Positions 1 through 10,985 of a stretch of 35,968 nt of DNA are shown here, piece by piece. The translations under genes and the position numbers were made by a program. Below the pieces are notes generated by a model, which saw nothing but the letters and a program-made list of their open reading frames with translations, ran no database searches and was not told the DNA's origin. Source of the stretch: Atractiella rhizophila (taxonomy: Eukaryota); NCBI GenBank assembly GCA_021432655.1, contig MU271644.1, positions 1 through 35,968 on the forward strand, given 5' to 3'. Each line of letters begins with the position of its first letter. The first letter of the stretch is position 1.

Positions 1-514
1 TCTTTGCGGTAATGTAAGGGTTTGGAGTTCCGTATCCGCTTTGATCAGGAGAATCGTTTTCGGTAGCTGTACCAGTGAGACCTTTTGAGGTGGGATTAGA
101 TCTCAATGGTGTTGACACGCCGGATACCGCTGGCGTGTCCTCCTTCGATATTGCATGTCGCCCGCTCGGCGTCATCCCATCCTCCACAGCTGGCGTTCCT
201 CCATCATCTTCATGACGTGGCGTCTCTGAGCCAGGTTGTGGAGGTATTGCGGCCTCAACAGCCTTCTTCAGCTCCTCCTCGGCTGCTTCTTCCAGTGCCA
301 TGTCTTCCTCTTCCTCTTCGTCAGCAGAGACCTTGACCCATTTCATAACTTTGACAGACGAGTTTGGGTAGACTGAATGGGCGACTCGCATGCGTTTGTA
401 TCGTTGGACTGGGGCTAGGAGAACAGCTCTTCGTGATTGAACGGCCGAGGATGAGAGGCCCGTATTCCCCTTTGTTCGCCAACCGGAAGCTTTGACCTGA
501 GGTGTAGCAGACAC
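1..514 (-). CDS. Hypothetical protein, 3' end outside the window; short basic motif (APVQRYKRMRVAHSVYPNSSVKVMKWVKV) followed by acidic and low-complexity sequence
   Basis: Minus-strand frame is open from a 3' splice site (ctgat...ttccag|, 515-520) to the window edge: SATPQVKASGWRTKG...VMKWVKVSADEEEEEDMALEEAAEEELKK...GYGTPNPYITAK. It is absent from the ORF track because there is no stop in the window. The upstream exon was not located. Confidence 0.65.
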   Translation of the reverse strand, partial: MSATPQVKASGWRTKGNTGLSSSAVQSRRAVLLAPVQRYKRMRVAHSVYPNSSVKVMKWVKVSADEEEEEDMALEEAAEEELKKAVEAAIPPQPGSETPRHEDDGGTPAVEDGMTPSGRHAISKEDTPAVSGVSTPLRSNPTSKGLTGTATENDSPDQSGYGTPNPYITAK

Positions 515-1479
515 TGGAAGGTCATATCAGAAAACTACAGAAAACGGAACAAAATGTTGGAATATAGAGCCTTGCAACATTTATGGAGCCGCCGCTAACA
601 TGTTCATCCGACCCTCGACCACCAATCACTCAGAAGAAGGTAAGCAAAGATAAAACGAACGAGGTAGGAAGAGCAATAGCGTTGTGTACACGACTTCAGG
701 GCGGAAATATTCAAGCGAATGGCTCATGCATTGAACTCCTGTGACTTTCTCACTACGCCACTCCTTTTGAGGTATCTTGCACCATTAAGACTCATTCGGC
801 TAACCGTTTGGGATAGAAGGTGCTAACAAGTGAACTTTCGCAGAATGTTTCGTTATGGCTTTGATAAATGAAGCTCTATACACATCTCAATGTTCTTAAG
901 TTGTTTGTGCTCAAGGGGACAGTATCGAGTGAATGAACACCTGAAGTCCAGTAACACTCAAACCGCAACTGAATAAGCTCATTTACATTCCTGGAAAACT
1001 CAGAAGCATAATAACGTTTGTGATTCGCAGAATTCTTCCCTGCATAATGTACCTTTTCACATGGAATTCCATTCCAGCTTTGTTCACAAGAAGGTAACAT
1101 GAGAGGGACGAAAAGAACACCGTTTGTCCTCGCCTATAAGAGCTTTCTTTTTTCCTATAGCAAAGAAACTGCTCTAGAGAGTTTGTGACTGACAGAGGAA
1201 GATAATCCCAACCGACGGGGCAGTCCATATTGTAAGGTGAGAGAAGCACGTACTTTGTGCTGCAAATGCGGTTTTACGATAAATCCAATGCTCTCCTCCT
1301 GTGTCTCTCCTATTCCGTTCGAATGCCTATTCCTTACTCTATTCTGCCTGCCCTTCTGCAACTCTACTTGTGGATGGTTGGTGGATTAGTAGTTGATCGA
1401 GTTTCTACCCTCATCAACGCATCCAACGCGTCATCAACGAACGACCACCCGCCTTTGCAGCATATTTCACAAAGCAAAT

Positions 1480-2217
1480 ATGGCGAGTTTCCCTTGGAAA
1501 TGTGGGATTTTGCTGACTAGGTCTTCTGGAATGGTAGCTGGTAAGAATTAGAGCGAGAGATGGGAATTTCAGGTACGATGTCAAGGAGACAGATGATATC
1601 CAGGTACTTGTACAAAAGGTGCGCGTTCTTCCTTTCTCTGCTTTCGAATTGGAGTTCGTGAGGCTGTTCTGTACAGTTCCATCGTAAAAGATGTCTGTGA
1701 AGTGGGAAGATGATGGCCATATCTGATGAATGCTTGCTCTTCCTGAGTGTCCCTTCGTACGCTTACGCGTTATTGTGAGACGCTTGAAGATCTCTGCGAA
1801 GAACAGGGAACCGCAATGCCTTACCAATATGTGCTCTGTAGCTTCGATCATGCGGACAGTAGTTCTAATGTGTACCCAAGTCGGCTGTTGAATAGTTGCT
1901 TCCCTGCCTTACGCCACCTGGCAGCCCTATGGATATGTCTCCTTTCACTGCAGAGATCTCCTTTGTTTATATATCGACAGACGGTGTGACCCATATACAT
2001 TGCACGTCCTGTAGCTTTGCGCAGGATATAGTATTCTAGGAGGACATGTGCTAACTAATACTGCAACACAGTTACTGGCAGACATCAAGACTTCAGATCC
2101 CAGCGCTCTTGCCTTCTCTAATCAACCAAGGGGAGGAGAAAATAAAGTAGCCGGACTTCGAGGCTCCCTGAAGAGCTTGGGTATAAAGTAATTTCTCTCT
2201 GCTGTGCATGATTTCTT
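1480..2217 (+). CDS. NPL4: Nuclear protein localization protein 4 (Cdc48/p97 cofactor), 5' exons in normal orientation
   Basis: ATG 1480-1482; GC-AG intron 1483-1537; exon 1538-1618 LVRIRARDGNFRYDVKETDDIQVLVQK; intron 1619-2071; exon 2072-2187 LLADIKTSDPSALAFSNQPRGGENKVAGLRGSLKSLGI; intron from 2188. Resembles the Npl4 N-terminal ubiquitin-like domain and joins in phase to NHGDLLFASY in the mirrored block. Confidence 0.88.
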
Positions 2218-2242
2218 NNNNNNNNNNNNNNNNNNNNNNNNN
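2218..2242. other. Assembly gap (25 N)
   Basis: Run of 25 N directly before the mirrored block. Confidence 0.99.
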
Positions 2243-3028
2243 CATTCCGCTGCTGCCATTGTCGCGTTCGTAGGTGGAGTAGGAGGAATGGTTTTGGTTA
2301 TTGGTGACTGGGTGAGTAACCAGACAAAGCTGAAGTAGGAAAACTTTAGGTAAAGGAAATGGAATGAGTATAACAGAACAAACCACCCGTCCTATGTTCC
2401 TATGTTCGTTCTTCTTCGCATTTGCCCTTCCCCTCGGTAGCTTCTTACGTGAGTTCTTCCGCTTCTCCTCCTACCTTCGGGTAGAGAGGAGGAGACGGCT
2501 ATTGAGTGTTGTCTGTAGGCTCGACCTTTATCTCCAACTCCGAGGAGGTCTACAAGTTCCCCTACTTGCCTGTCTACCTCTACATGTCTACCTCGTCAAC
2601 GGGTATCGCTCGCTGCCGCTCCTTCCCACCACCTACAAGGACTACGTTTCTATCCCCACCTTCTTCTATACCTCGCTCTCCTTCCTGTCGGTTTCTTCTT
2701 TTTCTCTTCCTTCTTGTTCCGAGCACGAAGGCAGGTTAAGATGGGGAGTTAGGCGGTTGTAGAGTGTTGGTGTTAGCGTTAGTGTTAGAGTCAGCCTTTT
2801 ACAGCTCCCCTTCCTCCTCTGGTGCTTCTACAGCTTCGCCCTTGCCTTCTTCAACTCCTTCCGTGTTGTTCGCGACGAAGCGCTTCCCCGTCTCCCCGTC
2901 CTCACCGAAGACGGAGCGGCTAGCTAGTCAGCTTACCACGCCGTTGCCCCAGTCCGCTCTTACCCTTCTTCTTTTTCCCACGCTTCAGTCACCGTCCCTG
3001 CTTCCTTCTTGGTGAGGAGTAACTGACT
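2243..3028. CDS. 3' part of the C1D/Rrp47-family gene (Lys/Glu-rich tail), readable only as the unreversed complement of the + strand
   Basis: Complement reading continues TG|SKATTVTAQASTSSSLPKPITTDPLIG, then an intron, then YKDTSKKKRKREGEPSKNALKKAKRRMEAH...KKKKGAKSVAGTKEEPLLID with stop at 3026-3028. Contains indels. Confidence 0.85.
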
Positions 3029-3150
3029 ACACGTGGAAGCGAAGGTCGTTCGTTCGTCTTGACGAAACCAGAAACGTTCCTGTCAACAATGTTGTAAAAG
3101 AAAATAAAATAACATAGAAATCACTTGTTTCGTTACGGTTTTCCACCGAA

Positions 3151-5234
3151 AATGACGGGTTCGTTGTTTAACTGACGGTTAAGGTGTAAGGGTGGGCGGC
3201 GGAGGTTGTAGGGGAGACGGAGGAGACGGCTTGTGGGTCGGTCTGGGTACTCGTAGACCTGTAGAAGCCTGGAGCGAGGGGCAGGAGGGGGGCGGGGTCG
3301 TGAAGGCGACCAAGGACAAGGACGAGGAGAGCCCCCAACGCTAACTCTACCTCGACTCAGGTAGAGCTACAGGAGAAGTCGGCCCTTCAGTAGCTTCATT
3401 AGCCGACCCTATAGTAGACAAACTCCACGACCGACGCGACGACGTCCACATCCAACCTTCGCCCCACGAAATGTAGGTTCCTTAGTTGGCACTCTCCAAG
3501 TGTTCTCCTCCCCTTCTTTCCGCATGGCCACCGAAGTACTCGTTACCATTGGTCGCAGACGGTTGGCCGGTTGGGTGGGTTAAATAAGTGGGAGAGAAAC
3601 GCGAGAAATAGTGAGAAGCGGCAGCGGTGCGACGGTTCCTGAGAGTACAGGAGGAAGGGTTTGTACGGTGATCATAGGTTCTTTCGCTCCTCCACTTTCA
3701 GCGAGTTGGTAAATCGCTACCGTTCGAGTAGGGGAACGAAGTCGTTGCCACGTTCGAAGGCAAGGTGGTTTAACCAATTTAGAACTAGAACTTTGGGACC
3801 AGCCAAAAGCTAAAGCTTGCCTCAACCTCTCTCCTTAACTCCTAACCCATTCCGACCGTGAGGCACACTCTGCCAGTGCTCGTCCATAAGCTGTCCCTTC
3901 GTTCCAAATCGCCTAAGGAAGTGGAGCTACAACATAAGCAAGAACATCGCCATCTTCTGTAGCCCGTGCATAGAAAGGTTCATCGCCATAGTGACTCTAC
4001 AAAGACTTATCTTCCTTATCTTGAATGTGTAGCAGCGAACCAAGTTGTTAGAACTCAACAGGTCCTAGTAAGCATCGGGATTGTTACAAGCGGAGGCGGT
4101 TAGGGTAGCGGACTAGCGACTGAACTATCCGACATTGGAGGCATAGAGGTAGAAATAAGGGTGAGTCTGTGTTCAGTGCTTTGCTGACCTTTTAAAACGG
4201 TCACATTCTTATGAACCTTCCTCAAACTATTAACTCAACGGCTGCTCGTCGCTTCTATTAAAGCTCTGTCCTCTCCATCATGCTCAGACGTACAGCGAAT
4301 ATACACTTAAAGACCGAGAAGCGGAGAACACAAAAGAGGAGTAGATCAAGCTCTAGCCACATATACGTGGGCTGCTAAAACTCAGGAGGTGTATCCAATC
4401 GTTCCAGGGGTTAGGCTGGAAGGAGGAGGGTTCCGTAGGGTTAGAACTAAGGTAGGCCTGACGGGAGAACTCCTCCGAGCATCTAGCGGAGATGGTGGCG
4501 GAACTGCGGGTAGCCGTGCTCAAGCATGCCAAGCATAGCTGGATAGTCCTTGGGTTTCGCAACGTTGGCGCAGACGACGGTCTTCAACTTCTTTAGGGCG
4601 TGCCAGACTCCTAGCCTCTTAAGCTGCACCAGGTGGTAGGCCTTGAAAACGTCACGGTTACAATATCGCCTACCAACTGTAAAACACGTATAAGGCCGCC
4701 CCATTCCTCGCACCCTAAGCCAACCTGTTCCACTGACCTGAAATATCTTACCGCCACACTCTCTCCCCCCTATATCCAACGCCTAAACCCTAGCCTGCTA
4801 CATCTACTCCTTCCGCCCTCCTATCTGAAGTCTATTCGCATCACCCTCTCCATGAACTATAACACAAGGAAGACTATCAAGCGCAGCATGCCGATGGGAT
4901 CTCCGCACTTGGGGGAAGGGTTACAACTACACTTCGTTAATCTGCTTGGAGTTCTCCGTACGGTTATTAGTGTGTACGAGAAGCGGGGTACGGACGTGTA
5001 GGCGCATAGGGAACCTGCTCCCTAGAAGGGTAGGAGAAAAAGGGTTATAAACAGATGGAGTAGGAGGAGGTGTACGACGGTACCGAAGCGACGACGACTA
5101 CTTGGACGGAAGCTCCTAGGTCGAAGTTGACTCCAACTACAACTTCGCCGTGGTAACCGGTGCTCGCCGCCTCCCCCCAGACTTCTACGTAGTAGAACCC
5201 CTCCCCCATTCTTCGTTTTTCCTCCAGAGGTACC
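3151..5234. CDS. NPL4: NPL4 main body (zf-NPL4, NPL4/MPN-like domain, C-terminal UBA-like domain), readable only right-to-left on the + strand without complementing
   Basis: Backward translation gives [29 protein letters not shown](C)MPLE, [113 protein letters not shown] and LSDFHLLAFL. Stop TAA at 3153-3151. Several 1-nt indels, e.g. near 4962. Confidence 0.95.
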
Positions 5235-5303
5235 GACGTCCTTGTCAGTCATTGATTCTTTAGTACGTGTCGTCTCTCTTTAATGAAATATGGGTTCGAG
5301 AAG

Positions 5304-5965
5304 TTCCTGTGGATGCTGGAGGAAGAGAGGAAATGCCCGATTCTTGTCCGGTTATAGTTGGTGAGGATGTAGGTGCCGACGCTTGGGAGATAGCATGTCT
5401 GATGAACCTGTCGGCGGCTTCCTTGTCCACTCTTGTCGTCCCTATCCATCAAAAAAGGACGACCCTTCAACACCGTCTCTCTCAGGTCAAATGGGATGAA
5501 GAGCGTACGTTTCTCTTCTTTTTCACCCGCTTTCTGTACCTTTGTGAAATACGCCTTCACAGTCCCCTTCAATCATCGAAGCTTACTTTTAGGTATTTGC
5601 AGTCTTGTTTAGAAGGGAGACGCACGAGTTCATTTTGCACTGGATGGGTTGAAGGATCTATTCCTTTCAATTTCAGGTAGACTATCCCGAGCCATGCAAA
5701 TCAATATTCCATCCATCCATCCGTCCCGCCATCTTGTCCCATAACCATAACGAAAGGGAACATGTATGAAAAGCGCACCAAAGACCAAATCATAGACGGT
5801 ATAAGCCATAGTCACGCTCTGCTTCGCCTGCACGAGCAACGGGCTCTTCTCAAGCTCTTCGATCGAAGCGGGCGACAATACGTCGTCCAATGCACTCTCC
5901 AAGGCGGATAGCGAGTCGGACATGGCGTCAAGGGTATCATGCAGGGAGGAAGTCGTGTCATCCAT
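5304..5965 (-). CDS. C1D / Rrp47 (Lrp1)-like nuclear exosome cofactor (Sas10/Utp3/C1D family), 5' exons
   Basis: MDDTTSSLHDTLDAMSDSLSALESALDDVL...PLLVQAKQSVTMAYTVYDLVF|VYLKLKGIDPSTHPVQNEL|GTVKAYFTKVQKA...|RVDKEAADRFIRHAI across GT-AG introns. The YLKxxGxDPxxHPVxxEL and DKxAAxRFI motifs are typical of C1D/Rrp47. Confidence 0.88.
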
Positions 5966-6225
5966 TCTGGCGTCTCAACTTCTGTCTGCTATGTTATGTA
6001 GCTCGTTACGCGGCGATGACAGACGAGCTGAAGCTTCTAGAGAGGAGATTATTGGTTGACGGAGTCTAGAAAATTTGCGCCGCATTCCCTTGGGCAGCAA
6101 TTCCAGTGTTATGGATACACTAGAATCACATCACTGAAAACAGCGTAGAAGAGGATAATATTATCAAGTCCATCAAGATGTAGAGTGTTCACAGAGTCCG
6201 TGATGTCCATCAACGAATGAAATGC

Positions 6226-7829
6226 TTAAAAGAGAGCAGGCAAGCCCAACAGGACCACTGCAGCTATACAGCCACTGATCCAACCCGTTGCTCTCCCTCC
6301 AGCACCAGACCCGTTTCCTCCTCCTCCTCCCGTGCTACTACCTCCAGGAGCTGTAGCGGTGCCGGTCGCGGTGACGGAGGTTGGTGCGCCTGTGAAGGTC
6401 TTGATGTATGCAACCTCGAAGTAAGCGTTGCTGTTCACCCATATCATCCGTCAACTTTGCCTCCTTCGGTACATGTAGAGGAGAGAGTGGGGATGGGAGG
6501 GGACAGACTTGTAGTTGGTCGGATCGCCCACTAGGTCGGTACATGTTCCAGTGCATGTTTGGGAGTAGATGGCCGCATTGCCAGCGAATGCACCTACGAT
6601 CCAAACCTGAGTAAGCTCCAATCGGCCATGCTAAGATGGGAGAGAAACAAACCGCAGATATTGGTGCCCAACACCAAGCTCTGAGCCTCAAAGAACGTCT
6701 GCGGATTGCAAGTGGCGGCTGGCCACGAAGCCTGTGGCTCTCCCCATCCTTCAGGGTTGGGCGATTGAGAGGCCGACTGGATGTCTGACGGGAGGGAAGA
6801 GCGGGGGAAGAACCAGGTGCGGATTCCGTCTGCGTCCCAGAGCATCGCGTATACCTTCCCTCACAACCACCACCGACGGATGATTAGCCATTGATCGTAT
6901 ATGGCGCAAACGGAATTTGTAGGGTACTGGAACAAGCGTACCCCTCCACCAGAAGATGCGAATCCTGCGCCTGCGCTACCGTCGCGAGAATCGGAAAACG
7001 CACACCCAAGGTTATCGTTCACTGTGTGGTCGCAATTGGTGGAGAGGACTGTAGCATCAGTGTATGCGAAAGCGGAGGAAGAGGAGACGTTGGATTGAGT
7101 GCATCCGGTGCCTGTATGGAGGGTCATCTGGTTGTGCGTTCTTTGGTTCACGCCTGTGGGAGAGGTGGGCATAAATGTATAGGATTGAGAGGAAGAGAAT
7201 AGCTGACTCTCGAAAATGTCGATCTCTCCCTGTGCCGATTTCTGGGTAGAGCTTGCGATGGTCCAGAACGAAGGCCAGGTGGAACATCCATACGGTACAT
7301 GTAGGAAGTCCGCGAGGACGAGCGTTCCTATCGATATCGGGTCTTTCGAGATCAGCCTCTATTCCAGCGTCAGTAATCCTTCGCTTTGGCAGAAGGAGGG
7401 GAAGGAAGACGGACGACTACGTTGCGACCGAACGTCGAGTCCCCAACGCCACTCGTCGTGTTGTCAACTGCCACAATCGCATTCCCGGCAGAGTTGAGGT
7501 AGGTGAGATTGAGAGCGAGGGCGTCAGTTTGTCCAACGAAATGAACGTTTCCCTGTCAGTTCACTCAGTGGGCGATTCTTTCCGACTTCGAATGGTCTTG
7601 AAAGGAAGGGGACTGACAAAGTTGTCTGCTCACCGAAAGCACGTTAGTAAGGAAGCAGGACTGCATAGAGGAGAGACGGACCAGCGTCGATGGCGCTCTG
7701 GTTGTAAGTCCAGCCATCAAAGAAGGTGGTCCCGGAATAGGTCTTTGAGAGGGAGAGGGTGTATGCGTTCGCCAATCCCAATCCGAAGCTGGCGAGAAGA
7801 ATGAGCATCATCACACCTCGACCAATCAT
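6226..7829 (-). CDS. Glycoside hydrolase family 16 (fungal Lam16A-like beta-glucanase), secreted, probably GPI-anchored, multi-exon
   Basis: Signal peptide MMLILLASFGLGLANA; YSGTTFFDGW; HVPYGCSTWPSFWT; catalytic GEIDIFE (ExDxxE) near 7209-7230; NQMTLHTGTGC; GIRTWFFPRSSLPSDI; AYFEVAYIKTF; Thr/Gly/Ser-rich linker and hydrophobic C-terminus IAAVVLLGLPALF*. Confidence 0.92.
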
Positions 7830-9301
7830 CAGCGGATTTCTGCTAGACTAGTAAACAAACCTACCAAGGCTGGACTTGGAGCTTAAATTTGATGCGGACT
7901 GAAGGGATACAGGGATACGTTTGAGGATACAGTATTATTGAAAGGTGATATTTCTAGACTCTGAATGGAAGTTCTCAAAAGAACCGGGAAGAACAACTTG
8001 GGCATTGTCCTTCCACGTGATTTACAGCCTTTCCTTTGTCGCTATGGTCTGCTGCGATTATCTTTTGCATTTATGGAGATCCACATCCACCAATTCGCCA
8101 TAATTTTCGATCAATCAATAGGTCTGGGAGAGTGGGAGGTGCCAGGTGAACTACGCCCTGACTGAATGATGTGTGGAACGAGTTAAGTGGTGTCGACGGA
8201 GGGGGAAGGCATCTCATTAGCTAAGGTATCATCATCTCATCCTTTGATTTTGCTCAGCGATCGGCTTTCTTGAGTTTCTCATTCGAGTTTCCTATTGGCA
8301 GTCTGCCCGCCCACCCTGTGAGCTTCAAGGCCAAGGTGTTTCAGCGTGGTTTGTCAGAGGAGCGTGTTGTGATGGGATCTTGTCGCCAGGAGTGTGAGAA
8401 GCAGTGTGAGAAGAAGTCGCCGTATGCGCGCTCATGGTGGCGATTGTTGCGCACAGCTCAAGAAGACGAGACGTGTCCATCTCCTTGAGCTATGGATGCC
8501 TTTGCTCTGGTGAGTGGATCCAGAGCCTTTGATCCTGTGGCCGTCAATTGTCCACTTCAAGTTGGCTTGACGAAGGTTCTACCCTGGCACTGGATGCATG
8601 TTTGTTCTCCTTTGCGTCAATGCGATGATGCAAATTCAAGCAATATTCATCTAAGCGTCCGCGTTTCATCTCATCTTCACACGTGTCTAACTTGTTTGGT
8701 GAAGTTGGACCCATTCCCTTCCCATGCAAGAGTCAGCTTCAAAAGTCTTCTTCGTTGGACTTGACTGCATGAGCCACTGTGCTTCCCTTGTAGGAGGACA
8801 GCCATCACCGGGTTTGAGTGGGGTCGCAAATACCTCCGTCCTCCTTCCCATTCTTCCGGGCAATCCACGGACGATGGATTGTCAACTGCAAAATGCATCT
8901 CTATGACGCCCAATTATCATGATCGAGGAGCTTGACTTGGAATTTCCGGTCCTTCTTCTCCGCGCCTTCAAGATCTCCTTGAAATCTCTTGCATATCTCC
9001 ATCAAGACAAATTCCCTCAAAACAAAAGGAAGATTTCCTTCCTGTTCATTCCATACATCAAATTTTGATTCCATTCTTGTTTCGGCTGGGGACCTGGAGC
9101 TCGCCCGGAATACTTGGTCGCTTGGGGACAGACGTACAAATAGATCTCTTGTTCACTTCCCTTCCCCTTTTGAAGCTTCGCCTTCTTCTCCCGCCCTGCC
9201 TCAAAGGACGATCCTTCCTCACTTCCTTTATCATCGCTCCCTTTCCCTCGAATTGCAACACTTCAAGACTTTAAGACTCTGGTCTGTTCGATTTGCATAA
9301 G

Positions 9302-9724
9302 ATGCGTTACAGGCGCCTGTTGAGAAAGGCGTCTCCCGTTAGAGCTTTCAAGCGAATGGTAAGTCGCTCCTTCATAATCACCACACGAAGCGAAAACTGA
9401 GCATTCATTAAACTGGAAACAGAATCGCTCCAACCCTAGCCGCAAACACCGTGACGGCAACCACCTTCGCCAAGCGAGCGTAGACGTGAAGAAGGTGATG
9501 GAGACAAACGGACAGTTCAGAGTCGACTATCCCCTCCCGCCTTCTTTCCTCCCTCTCTTCCTCATCCTCGCTTTCGTCACCCCAACTAGGTACGTCTACT
9601 CCCGTCAATCACAGTGAGAATTAGTTTTTGATTGTCCATCGATGCGATTAGTGCTCCTCGAGACAAGAAGAAGGATGACGAGTTTTTGGATGAATGCGAG
9701 CTTGACCCGTTGCTCGCTCGTTGA
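9302..9724 (+). CDS. Candidate small 3-exon hypothetical protein (80 aa from ATG 9356, 98 aa from ATG 9302)
   Basis: Introns 9359-9422 (gtaagt...aaacag) and 9590-9651 (gtacgt...attag) join in phase to give ...MNRSNPSRKHRD...FRVDYPLPPSFLPLFLILAFVTPTSAPRDKKKDDEFLDECELDPLLAR*. No homology recognised. Confidence 0.3.
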
Positions 9725-10985
9725 GTAGAGAGGATGGAAAGAGATTGGTAAGTTCCACCCTCGTCCTTAAGAGCGATCGAGAGGCTGAGCACACATCTTG
9801 GATAGCATTCCGTCTTGTGATAATGCGTAATATACCCACACTCTTTCGGTTTTCAATTCGATCACTGCACTTGTACCTTTACAGCAATACCCAGCAGAAG
9901 AATTATCAACGGTTAAAATTTGCACACACTCGATCATCCAAACTGTTCCCAGTTTATCAATTGCCGAGAGGTGTTTGCGGTCTCGTTCGTTCTTGAGAGC
10001 TGTTAACCTTGCTCGGTCATGTTCAATGAGCACAAAGCTGACGAGGAACCAAGACTCATGATCTTTCCGTGATGTTTTATCTGTGCAGTTGACTATTTCA
10101 AGAACATGGACTGCTCCATCTCGCCACGGGCTTACAAGATGAGAGAGAACGCCAAAGACTCCAATCTGATCGATGGTGTACCCTGACTGATCTGAAGCGC
10201 CCTGACTGTAATGTGTACTGCTGCATCAGGACAGCTCTCACGCGAGGCACGATGGAACCGGATCCCAATCAATATTCAGTACCCTTCCAGAGTCTGACCG
10301 TTCGGATATTCGAATTATTTTCTCACCTAAGATCGTGGAATACGTGAAACCCAACGCGTGCCTGCCGAATTCGCAAGAGCACGAGTTTGGTCTACACACG
10401 TCACTCATGTTTTCTTGTGAGATTGTGCGACGGGTGCTTGTGGGGATGAATGTGGGCAAATGTTTCCCGAAACATTTTTGATTATTGAATTGCAGGTTCA
10501 CTTCAGATTTGTTTGGAATGGGTCAGGCACAGTTGGCACGAGAAGCACGACGAGGACGAAGCTCAGACGAATGCGAACTAATGATCTCCTTCTGCTTACA
10601 TATAAATAGTCGGAATCTTCTATCCTTGCTCACATCGCCCTGGCATCTTCTCGTCGACCAGCGTCGACTACTCTTCCTCATTTGCACCACCACGATACTC
10701 ATTTGCACCACACAATACTCACAGACCTCCATCCCAAATCAATCTACCTTGCCTGGAGGATCCTCCCCTGGAGGGTCCTTCCAAACTGCCACGCCATCAC
10801 CATCCGGACCCTTTGGGCTACAGAGACGGTCGCCTTCGCCAAACTTGGGTATCTTAGACTGCCCAACACTTCTTCTCGACCTGCTGCCCTTCTTACCGTG
10901 AAGTAGGGCGACAGCAGGCGATCAAACCCAAAACATACAAAACTCTCTACTTAGTGGGTTTGAACCATTCCTCCCTTCTTTTTGT

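Larger units (their letters stand above)
2243..5303. other. Mirrored segment: reversed without complementation; probable assembly or gap-fill artefact
   Basis: 5256-5303 is the exact reverse (not reverse complement) of 2170-2217. No sensible ORF in the six real frames, but backward reading gives NPL4 and complement reading gives the C1D gene 3' end, with both junctions in frame. Confidence 0.97.

Noticed and set aside
540..1470. Possible small spliced gene between the left-edge gene and NPL4
   Set aside because: Several splice-like signals, but no consistent exon chain or recognisable protein could be built.
2364..5252. ORF-track ORFs inside the mirrored block (e.g. 2364-2762, 4633-5001, 4483-4779)
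   Set aside because: They are shadows of coding sequence that reads properly only when reversed or complemented; not real proteins.
2170..5303. Biological mirror repeat / H-DNA, or a true inversion
   Set aside because: The arms are 3 kb apart, are not polypurine and abut an N gap. A true inversion would be reverse-complemented and would show NPL4 on the minus strand, which it does not.
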